DNA from: Patellaria atrata CBS 101060
Taxonomy: Eukaryota
Direction: 5' to 3'
Assembly: GCA_010093705.1 (NCBI GenBank)
Contig: MU006105.1
Span: 287,960-351,959 of the forward strand
DNA length: 64,000 bases
Position numbers and translations under genes: made by a program. The notes under the pieces are model-generated. The model searched no databases. It had not been told where the DNA came from and saw only the letters and a program-made list of their open reading frames with translations. Of this stretch, positions 51,857-62,440 are shown piece after piece; within the stretch, counting starts at the first letter, position 1, and each line of letters opens with the position of its first letter.

Positions 51857-53356
51857 TTATAGGGAGTGTGGTCAAAGGGGGGGTGGATCGGTGTATCAAA
51901 GGTCGCGAGGGAATTTGCTGTTTTAGGGGCTTGGGGGAGAGATTAGATGAATAGGAGTGAATTGAAAGTTTTTGGGCAGAATTCTGCAAGATGGGTAAAT
52001 TTGTTTTTTTATTCTTATTTTTTTTTTATATATATGTGTGTGCGTGCGAACTTGGCCGGTGCTCGGCCGGTTAAGCAGTGAGACGGGACGAGACGAGACG
52101 AGGGAACGGCGAAAGGTGTGGGTCCCCCCCTGGCCCATGGAGAGGAAGCTCTTACCGGTCCGTACATGTACTTCTATGTACGTGATAATGTGGTACAATA
52201 TGCGAGTCCAGCATCAGGAAAAAAGGGAGGGGCCGAGGGCTAAATGGGAGCATCACAGATCAGCAAGTCACAATTTGACTGAGGATGTAAATGCTAGACC
52301 GGATCGAATGAACATCCGATTCTTCTGCTGCGAACTGATCCGATGGTGGACGTCTGGTTGCTCGTGTCGACGGAAACATGATCGCAGATGTATGTGCTGT
52401 ACAAGTACCTTCCCGTATGTTGCTTTTGATTGCGTCCTGCTCTTGAACTTTCCCAAGATAAGGAGTTTGGTCCTGAATGCAGGTGTCAAATCCTTCTCAA
52501 CTGCCGTGCGTCTACATGAACACCAATGATGCCGCAGCTTCTCGAATCTTTCAACGGTTTATATACCGCATGCGGCATGTAGAGATCTGATTTCAAGGTA
52601 AAAGAGATGCGCTATGTCACATCATTATCTGACAGACGTTTCGCGCGGTAAACGTGGGTATGTGTAGTGTAAAATGTGAGACATTGCGATAGCACGGTGC
52701 ATCGGAGTAGTCCTATATTCGAGTGTACTTGAAATATAGGCGATATATGCGGAAGTTATGACGTATCGTGCGCGAGAGATGGGACTATCTGTTTGAGCCT
52801 GCTTGAACCTGTTCATTGTCGTCTCTGTTAGATTTATATGCCTCAATATATTGCTAGCAAATCGGGAAATTTATACTTGGAAAGTGAAACTAAACAAGTG
52901 GCTGTTACTGTGGAAGAGGGATGTTTGAACTGTCTCTTCTATTTCTTTTTGAGAAGGAGTACAGCGTCGGTTATACTGTCTTAAACCGAACCCGAAATGT
53001 TGCTGTGTCTATCAATCAAATTAATTGATACCGTCGAAAAAAATCCGTATAACCCAAACCATATAGTTAGTGACAATTTTACCGGCTCCAATACCCATAC
53101 CCATACCCATAAAGGCCATATCCAGTCCGATTGTGAAACCCAGAATACCTGAAACAACCGGAATACTCTTTTGACCCATATGCGTACAAGTTTTGGTGAA
53201 ACGAATAAAGGAAATTTTATCCCCTTCTAGAAACCAAATAGAAACTTTTCGACCAGTCGTTCCGGCCGTTTATCCCCTGTCCACTCCTCAAGCGAGGACG
53301 TGGCCGTCGGCGGACGGTCGGTATCATAAAGATACCAGCAACCAGATTAGGCTCAG

Positions 53357-54122
53357 CTACTGGATGCTTTTGAGCTTGACATTGCTGCAATGATAATTGC
53401 GTCAGAAAGTATGATTGATGAATGGTATCCATATCCAATCCAGAGATAGGGATGGGTCGTCTAAAACTGGGCTTCTAGAAATGTTGGGCACCTACAATAT
53501 CAGAGTTGAGTTAGGCGGAACAATTTTAAGCAATCCGGCACTAATTCAAAAGTACCCTGGTTAGTGATTTGATGAATGTTGATGGCATGTTCTCATTGGA
53601 GCACGCAGTCGGATAAGATCTATGATCGTATCATGCGGCGGGAAGGAATGGCAAAATACTCACCTGGAATAAGCATAATCACTGTGATAGGTTTATCAGC
53701 GTTGGTTGCCACTTGATGCGGTAGGAAGATATGGAAATAGAAGGGATTTCTATACGTACGGAGAGATCACCAGTAAAGCTTCCTCATCGACTGCCATACC
53801 AAGAATACCTTCATCTAAGCCTACAATCGGAATTGCAACGTGTCAATAGACCTGATTTGCTGTATAATACCTTGGGAAACAGGATTTTTACCTCTGATAG
53901 CACCACCTTGTCCGATGATGAAGGTACTTGTCCCGGTAGAAATCCTGCCAGATATTTCAGCAATGTCCATCAAAAAAGGGGTTCGTGGACATACTGAGTT
54001 CCCTTTTTGTCGTCCTGGGAAGGGTCGTATAACCACCCGGTATAGTCATAGATCACTTTATCCCCATGTTTCGCCGTAGCATCACCATTTCCTTGTTGGA
54101 TAATCTCTTTCTCCACGCCCAT
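53357..54122 (-). CDS. FKBP12-family peptidyl-prolyl isomerase-like protein, 110 aa, 6 exons (54122-53995, 53944-53892, 53820-53760, 53681-53664, 53540-53496, 53384-53357)
   Basis: Five GT-AG introns give an open 333-nt frame: MGVEKEIIQQGNGDATAKHGDKVIYDYTGWLYDPSQDDKKGTQISTGTSTFIIGQGGAIRGLDEGILGMAVDEEALLVISPDYAYSSAGLLKIVPPNSTLIFNVKLKSIQ. FKBP hallmarks: MGV, GD.V...YTG.L, IRG.DEG, ISPDYAY, PPNSTLIF. Confidence 0.92.
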
Positions 54123-56329
54123 TTCCGAAGTTAGGTTGGATGGTAACAAATGTGGTGAAGAAGATTACCCTGGTGTATCAGATAGAGCGTTTGGCGTCAA
54201 TATGAGTTAGACGAAGTTGAATTCCGCTAGAAACCCTCGGCCTTTTGAAGAATGGGCTAAGAGAGGAATTTGAAAGTTTGGAGTTTCGATTGAGAAGACA
54301 TCTCCAAGGAATTGGCATTTCAGTCTTTATGAATCTCCATTGACCTGCTTGTATCAGGTCATTAATATGCATTGAAAGCCAGCAAGCTAGTCCCTGGGTA
54401 CTTACCTGTACTGAATTCGGAATCGGAACTATTCGAAATAGCCACTCAATACCTAGCAGATGTAAATGAGATAGTACGGTGGCTGCTAGTTACTCCGTAG
54501 AATACATCCGATCCAACGCCGTTGAGCTGTGGTCGTGTGTTAGCATTCTAGCCCAGTGCCCCTCCGTCCGCGATTCGGCACCCTAAGCGGATCATCTTAG
54601 CTCTGCAGTAGAGTGATGAAGTTTCTAGGCGTCTCTATCTGGACTCTTTCAGGATGGGTTCGAGACAGGTAACCTGCTAGTCTGGCGTTTAGTCTTGATA
54701 CAAATCGAATGGGAAGACGTCGAGGTATTCTCCGATTGTGTTGTCAGCCCTAATCAGGCATGAGGGTTGCTTTGAAATGTAGTGCTCATTTGAAGCGAAC
54801 CATTTAACTTCTCGGCGTCTGCTCCGAATTCACCCTTACTCCTTGTGCGTCGTGTACGGCGTCGTGTATGCTTCTTCAACAGGGAATTGAATGAAGTTTT
54901 AAAGGTTTTGTTGTCTTGCAGAGTCGCCAGCGTTGCCAGCATTCTTCGCTTCGTGCATTGACAGACGTTGAAATTCTTTAAAAATGTCCGCGCGGCACTT
55001 CCCCTCAAACATCAAGCCGCGATATCCCCCTGAAAAGCTGCAGAAATCCCTAAGAACGAGGAAAGTTCGTTTTGTAAACATTTGACAAGCATGTATTTAG
55101 CCCTCTATCCCCGTCGACTTTTCAATGAGTTTATAGTTAGTACTTGGGAAACAAATATGGGGATCTGGGAAACCACATGGATTAGAGTTTGGAGAGGCAT
55201 CAGATAACGTTGAAGTAAAACTAGAACGTCCGTACTATGGCCTTTTTCAGATGCAGACGTATGAAGTGCAGTCAGCCACAAATTGACATGGACAATTATT
55301 TGCGCAGGTGAATTGCGCAAAATTCTGATCCTTTGCAGGAGGGAGCCTCTTAGTAGGCTTGATAACAACAGCATATGCATTCCTATACAGGCACCATCGG
55401 CTTATCATTACCCGAAAAAGTCATGCATGACATCGATATGTAGAGAGAAATCGTTGTTATCGTGTCATGCAGCTTTTTGATAGATTTTGACGCACACAAA
55501 CAAACCTGAGGATCTCATCATCCAAAAGGTACAGGTAATGATCAACTAGTACTCGAGTCATGGTCTTTAATGGATGTTTATATTGATATCCAATAGTAAC
55601 GGGGACGGATAGCATCCGGTCAAAATTGAGGCGCCTAATAGTTTATTCCCACCATAAACAGCGAAGGAAACAGATGTTTGAATCCGCTATGCTAGAAATA
55701 CATAAGTTCAAGATTAGTAGCTCTGATTCAGATACTTAAAACGGACGGCCCCGCTCTCAAGCGGTGGTTTGAAGAGCAGGGTAACCCTACAGTAGTGACA
55801 TGCTAGGCGTAATAGGCGTCTGGAGGGGTAAGTGTACTAACGCTATAATCGTAGCAAGCATTTGCACATGTAAGACGAACTTGGTTAAGGTGCTTTGGCA
55901 AGCAATACACTTGCAGGCTGCACAGAGTAAACGATAGGGTACTATCAGCCATCGGGTGCCCGATATCATGGTATGGGAAGACCCAATCAAACTCTATTAG
56001 ATAGGTGGAACGAATTAAAATCCTCGGCAACGGGATTAGGCCTTTGTCTTGCGCTTCAAGCGGCTGGTTGAAAGCTATCTGTTTCGAAGTCACCCTGTAT
56101 GTTTTCCTTCAAAAGCTTGTGGAGACGCCGTCTTCAGCCAATCGGTTTCCGATCGAATGTAGACTTGAGAGTCAAACAATCAAGACTCGGCTCCAGTTTC
56201 AAGATCATGGATTCCTCGGTCACGGTAGTCCACTCGGTACGGCTCGAAAAACCTAGTACTCACTCCTTTTGATTCAGTCCTTGACTCCCTGGTACGGCTG
56301 CGCAAACCGCGGATGTAAAGGTCTTGCCT

Positions 56330-57360
56330 TCATGCTGGTGAAGCTAGGGACCGATGATGTACAAGTTCGGTAACTGATAGGCTAGAAATTTGAGGCATAT
56401 TGACCTTCCCACCAACACGGATACCCTCACCTCCTTGCTCTATAAACCAAAGTCTTTGGATACCAATGTTGACAAGAAATTTGAACATCCTGTGGTAGTT
56501 GAGTCCAACTTGTTCAACACTGTGGCTGTCATCCGATAGGGTGAACTTTCCCCCCTTCTCGAGAAAATACTTTATGAAAATATTAGATTGAGCGGTAACT
56601 GCGGACTTTACTTACTCGCCTTGCAGATATCTGCTTCGGGGTACGGTGTCTTCATCCCCTTCCGGAATGCAGATGAATTGAGTTCAAGAAGCCCACCATA
56701 ACTAGCAATAAAGTCCAGGTTCCGGTTAATTCTGTTCCAGACGGTTTCCCATCGCTTGAACTCTACATGCTTGTTGTCACTAAATAGACGAATCAAATCT
56801 AAGTGGCCAACGACAGGAGGCTTCAGTATCTGCAACATATCGTGTTGATCGTCGAAGTATCGCTCCGCCAGTTTTTCATCACAATCCTCCGAATTTGCCC
56901 GTGATTTTTCATAAAGGTCCCTGTCAAAGTCGATTGGAACCGTGTGAACATGGTGTACTGATCCGATGAAAAGATCAAACTGATATCTGTCAAGAAGCTC
57001 GTTGATTATCTCCAATGACCTCGGTCGTATCCATTCAGTCTCAAAGCCGATAAGAATTCTGATTTCGCTTGCATATAGTTCCCTCAAACGAACAGCTTCC
57101 TGGTAATACGCGTCGAAGAGAGTTGTTAAACTTCCTAAACTTTCGCGCTATTCATGTGGTCAGGGTTGAAGTCTCAAAAGTACAGTAGGCAGATGAATTA
57201 CTTCTTCTTCTGGATATAGATCATCATTATCTCTTGGAATGTGCTCCGTTAGTGCGAACGTCTCGAATCCCCGTGATATAGCAGCTTGTACCATCTCCTC
57301 TAATGTATTTTTAGCATGGGCACAGAATTGCCCAGAATGACTATGATGGGAGAAAGGCAT
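56330..57360 (-). CDS. HIS2: Histidinol-phosphatase (PHP family), 308 aa; exons 57360-57202, 57147-56620, 56569-56330
   Basis: MPFSHHSHSGQFCAHA, LTEH.PR, GFETEW, GSVHHV, VGHLDLIRL, ELNSSA.RKG...PYP, FTLSDDSH. Confidence 0.92.
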
Positions 57361-57626
57361 CGCGTCAATTGTGGATAGAAAGTCCTCTCAACCTGCTAAA
57401 AAAACAATTGATCTCAAGAGTACCTGATAAGTGATTCCAATGATATGTATACGATGGTGATATAGGATATCATGCTCTGTCACAGATAGTTGCTAATGAT
57501 GGAGGTGAAATTAAGATCTCTGTAAAACCGGAAGCGGAGGATGAGTCAGCCAAGATTCCACTTCCGGTCTTCAACCACTATTAACATTTTTATTCTTAAC
57601 CCACTCATTATCTCAAAGTCTGGCTA

Positions 57627-57698
57627 GGCTGGATGGCGCAATGGTAGCGCGTGGCCCTCCTAAGGCCAAGGTTGTGGGTTCGAGTCCCACTTCGGTCG
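57627..57698 (+). tRNA. tRNA-Arg (anticodon CCT), intronless
   Basis: Cloverleaf: acceptor GGCTGGA/TTCGGTC, D arm GCGC/GCGC, anticodon arm TGGCC-CTCCTAA-GGCCA, T arm GTGGG-TTCGAGT-CCCAC; followed by TTTT (Pol III terminator). Confidence 0.97.
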
Positions 57699-60557
57699 TT
57701 TTGCCTTTTTGTTTGGTGATTTGTTTGATTTCTTTTGCTCCAGAATGACATACGTTACTCTGGAGTGTCATTTTGCCGTTTGAGAAGAGAAAGAATTGTT
57801 CATGGATGATGGAAACGAAAATGAACATTATCCTTGGATGAGTTCTATGCATGATCATGTAATTTGGTTTGGATATGGAGGGATGCGATATCGCGCATTT
57901 GATGAGGAATCCTCCCTGGACCTCGCATGCATATTCTAACGCCACTTCTCTCAACAAACTGAGCGGAAATGAGAAACACAACAAGTTCAATCGAGATCTT
58001 TATCCCCGTGGTGTTAATGTCTTTTAGTGAGTAGGTTGCGTTGATCGGATATACGGTTTCTACCTCCGATGAGTTTACGATCTCTGTTCCCTTGTCAGAA
58101 TATTCCTCTCTTGCTGTATGCTTATGATCGAACAACATCCGACCCAACTGTACTCAAAAGTGAAGGATCAGAAAGAATACGGATCATTCATATTTCATTG
58201 TATACACAGCAATCGTACAGCAACAGCGGAATGCGGACCGTAACAAGGGAGGGATTAGATCGGTGAGTTGTAGGGAGTCATTAAGTTGTACGTTTTTGCA
58301 GTAGAATATGGTAACCTCTGGCGATGGGAAATTCTCAATTCTCTATGCACAATTAGGTTGGCCAAATTCTCGTAAGTCATCGTTCACAAACGTAGTTGTT
58401 TTGATTAACCGTAGTTGACGGTGAAAGGAGAAACCTAAGTAAATCAAGATACATGGATTTCACATAGAATTATGATTGTTGTCTTACGGTTGCTAAGGAG
58501 AAGGGCATATCTTCCCTAAGTACAGATCTTCAAGGGCGGAGGGGTACGACGCAGACGTTCGAGGAGCGAGATCCGAGTCTTCAGGTTCTATTCTATATCG
58601 CGTCAGATTCAGTGCTATCATTCCAGTGTACTCGAGTCATTTCCTTACCATACAATCATTCTCGCAATTTTAATTCTTACGACATGTTGAAGGCATCAGC
58701 GCTCAAAAGTCCGAGAACCAGAACTATATCCAACAATTGATCAAGTTGAGTGTTCGGAATCAGTACCATATTACGTCTAGACCTCCCTTTCAGCGTCTTA
58801 CCGCCTTCTTTTCGATCGAGATTGCTTGTTTCATTTTTACTACCGTATAGACAACGTAGTACGCGTCAACTGTCGCCAAAAGTTTCTTGTGTTGCATTTT
58901 CTATCGTTCAACTTGGAAGTTAGTGATTTTGACGCGTACGGATTACTGTCAACGGAGTCGAACATACAATTCTGTGTACAGATACGCGGTTTTAGGTTCT
59001 CTTCAGTCAGCTAGAAGCAGCAGTTGTCTGTCTAGAGGACCAGCGGAAGGAGATTTGGTTTTGCGGAGAAGATATGTTTTTGGGTTGTTAGGTTGTTGAG
59101 TGTGTGCGGTGGAAAAGGGAGTGTCCAGAGCCGGTCGAGGTGAAGAATTCGCCGCCTCCATCCCCTATCACTACTCCATTTCTCCCACACATTTCTATTA
59201 TTGGTTTCCAGTATTCACACCACCATCAACGCGGTTGTTATCTTAGAGATTCACGTCTACTATGTAAAATCCTATCTATTCTTTATATTAGTCAAAATTT
59301 CCCCCTTAAAGAAGATGAAGACCTAATAATTCAAATAATATTATTAAAGAAAGTTAAGTTAGTCTAGATATCTCGCTTATTAGGTATTCTTATACCTTAG
59401 TATCTTTAATTTTACCGCGTGAATCTTATATTTTTATTTCTATAATTCTAAGAAAATCAATCATAATTACGGTTAAGAAATTCGAAGTAAAGGAGTTTTA
59501 AACCTCCGCTGCTACACGGGATGCTTAATTATTTTATTTTTTTAGAAAACTTATGACCCTCCAGCGAAAACCTAAAGAAATCCGCATACTCAGTAGCCTC
59601 AACGTTATCTCGGCACGAAGGAGTACATACAAAAAGATCCTAGCTCCCAGTCAGTTCTACCTCTAGTTTTACAACACGTTCTCGATCAGGGTTGTACTCA
59701 CCGTTCCATTTACTTAAAGCTCATTGATAAGGAGCTGTGCGACCAACTCCCTAATCACCTGTAGCGTAGGCGCATCGTACCCTTCAGCGAGGCCAACGAG
59801 GAGAGCAAGGATACCGTGTACTATGCGTAAATACACGAGTCTGAGGATGTAAGGGGTAAAAAGATTCATTTTCTTAGTTCGAGGTGGTATGTAAAGTGAT
59901 AAACTGATTCCTGGGATTTTGGGGGCTGTACTGGAGAAGATAGACGGAGGTGATTTTGGTTCGAATCAGGGAGGTGTATCTGGCGGATTGTGGCGTTCTC
60001 GAAAAAGGATGTCTTGGTAGGAGGAGAGGTATGTGGGAGTCTGAGTACGGAGAGGAGGGAATTGTTACTTTAGTAAAGTTGAAGGGTTAGTGGAGGAAAG
60101 AACTGATTCTGATGATGTTACGTACACTAGTAGGTAGGTTTGTGTGCTCGCGAAGACTCGGAGAATAAGCTCAATTTCCTTTGGAAATAGGTTTACGTGT
60201 TAGCTAGGGCTTCGGGAGAGTAGAGTCAAATGCTTTAAGGGGATATTGAAAGGAAGAGGTACCCCAGTTGGTGACGGAGCTTTAGTTTGAGAAATGAGTA
60301 ACATTCAAAGGGTGGTGCAATTACTTACGTTCGTGTTGCGGTTGAGTTTCTGCAGTAGGGTTATGGGTAGATTTTCTTGTGGAGAAGAGTTATGCAGATT
60401 ACAATGGTGAAGGAAGATCAATGTAAAGGGTCAATAAGTAAAAATAAGCGCGTGGTAGCAAACTATTTTGAGAGCCCTATTGTGACTTCAACTGTTTGTT
60501 CGGGTTATATGTAATTTGCCATAATATTCGCTATCTAGCAGATACCTCATCACTGTC

Positions 60558-62108
60558 CTACCTAACTTTATACACGCAAGGTTTGAGAGCCTTGGTTTCA
60601 TCCTCTTCTTCCTCATGCTTCGCGTCGTCTAGAAACCTTAGCTTACGTTTACTTTTCCAGGCCACTCGACCTTCGTCCTCTCTCCTGGTGGGTACGTTTT
60701 TGCCCTTGACTGGTGAAGCCCCTTTGACAAAGCTCATTTTGACGAACATTTTGTTGCTGAGATCTACCGCATTTCCAGCTCTCTCATCAAGTACAAAACC
60801 TCTCTTCCTCAAGATTTCAACAAATGTTGAAACATCCGTTTTCAGTCTCGAGCGTCGATCATCAACTTCATCAACCTCAACTGCCAGTACTTCATCATTT
60901 GCTTTCTCCTCTTGCTCAGCTATTCGTTTCTTACTAGGCATTCCTTTCCTCTGTCGGTTGCCTACACTATGCTCGACCACCCCTTTCTTGCCCTTCTCAA
61001 CTCTACCGAATCTGCTTTTGATTTCAGCAACCCACAGTTCACCCTTCCACCTTAGCACCCGCCATGCTTCTTCGACAAAATCGATCCAATTGGTGCCCAT
61101 GAGCGCAAGGCAGAAGATGGCTATATCTACACTCCCATCTGGTAGGGGTAAATTCGATATGTCGGCAATAGTCACAAGGGGACTTGAAGCTGCAAGGTCA
61201 AAACTATGGATTTTGGAATTGAACTGGGAGAGATGTGGCTGTAGTGCGGTAGATAGACCTGCTGTCCCGCATCCTAGATCTGCGAGGGTACATGTCCCTT
61301 GAGTTCGAGGAAGTGGTCGTGCGTTACCAATACTTGGCTCTCCGTTTGATTCAGGAGCTGGTGCTTGCCCTTTCTTTTCTTTCTTGAACCTTGCTTTTTG
61401 ACTCAAAGTCTTGACCCTCCCTCGCTCTAGAACATCCTTAATATAGCCATCTACTGGATTCTCGGGCCAAACACCAACTTGTTGCTGGAAGCCAGTGTGG
61501 TAATCATCAAACATTTCTGGGGATTCGCTAAATAATGCAAGTGATTCAGTAGAAGGTTTTGTATACAATTCTTCATTTAAGTGACGGAAACGAGCAGCGG
61601 CAAGTTTACTACGCATAGATGCTTGAAGTGGGGTCAAAGTTGTTGATGGAGTTTGCGACTTTGCTGGACCGTTCTTGGGGACCTTAGGGGTCCTCATTTT
61701 GACGATAGTATCTTCCACTTCCTTTGCAGCGTAATTTTTCTTCTGTCTCTTCTTTTTCGTTTTCGTAGTGTTGCCGTTCGAAACTGGTTGTAATTGCTCA
61801 GCTTCCTCTGTAGGCTCAGTCCCTGAACCCTCTGCGCTTTGGTTGCCAGCCAATGCCTTGTTCTTCTTCTTCATTTTCTGTTTTGCGGCTTTATTCCACC
61901 CATCATTTCCCCCCTCGAAATGTTTCTGCCACAAGTCTGCAATATTGTCCCCTGTTATTGACGACTCATTGCTCTTTTTATGATCTCGTTTCCGCTTCTT
62001 GGTGGGTGGAGCTCCATTCTCGTGGGAATTAGAAGCTAGTACGGTGCTAGACACATCCGTTTGTGTTTGGAGGGAAGCCGATATGTTCCAACCCTGGACC
62101 GCGAACAT
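60558..62108 (-). CDS. RRP8: 25S rRNA (adenine-N1)-methyltransferase Rrp8
   Basis: MFAVQGW start, LTPLQASMRSKLAAARFRHLNEELYT, YHTGFQQQV.VWPENPVD, ADLGCG, IFCLALMGTNW, LKPCVYKVR end. Confidence 0.95.
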   Translation of the reverse strand: MFAVQGWNISASLQTQTDVSSTVLASNSHENGAPPTKKRKRDHKKSNESSITGDNIADLWQKHFEGGNDGWNKAAKQKMKKKNKALAGNQSAEGSGTEPTEEAEQLQPVSNGNTTKTKKKRQKKNYAAKEVEDTIVKMRTPKVPKNGPAKSQTPSTTLTPLQASMRSKLAAARFRHLNEELYTKPSTESLALFSESPEMFDDYHTGFQQQVGVWPENPVDGYIKDVLERGRVKTLSQKARFKKEKKGQAPAPESNGEPSIGNARPLPRTQGTCTLADLGCGTAGLSTALQPHLSQFNSKIHSFDLAASSPLVTIADISNLPLPDGSVDIAIFCLALMGTNWIDFVEEAWRVLRWKGELWVAEIKSRFGRVEKGKKGVVEHSVGNRQRKGMPSKKRIAEQEEKANDEVLAVEVDEVDDRRSRLKTDVSTFVEILRKRGFVLDERAGNAVDLSNKMFVKMSFVKGASPVKGKNVPTRREDEGRVAWKSKRKLRFLDDAKHEEEEDETKALKPCVYKVR

Positions 62109-62440
62109 TTTTAGGCTTGCTACAATTCTATGGTGAAGTTGTCGGGAGCTTGAATTATTTTTCTCGAGCGCGGAACAACTTCGGCGGGGCTGGTGGAAGA
62201 TCATCTTGCTGAATCATCTTCATTCACCCTTTTCATGTCCTCCTGAGGTTTGCCAACAACCTAGGGTTGCATAAATACCGGTATTTATTATAAACACCAG
62301 GTATTTAACAAATACCGTAGAAACCGGTATAAACCCGGTATATGCCAGAGAAGTGACTTTAGTGTCCAATTCTTATCATATCATGGGGTTATGGAGCACC
62401 ACGTGACAGTATTATTAAATATAAATAGTAAGCCTAGTTA

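Noticed and set aside
51523..51989. Pro- and Gly-rich ORFs and a weak SnoaL-like phrase (TLVAEGD)
   Set aside because: They derive from homopolymer runs, with no ATG-initiated coherent model; the similarity is too short to trust.
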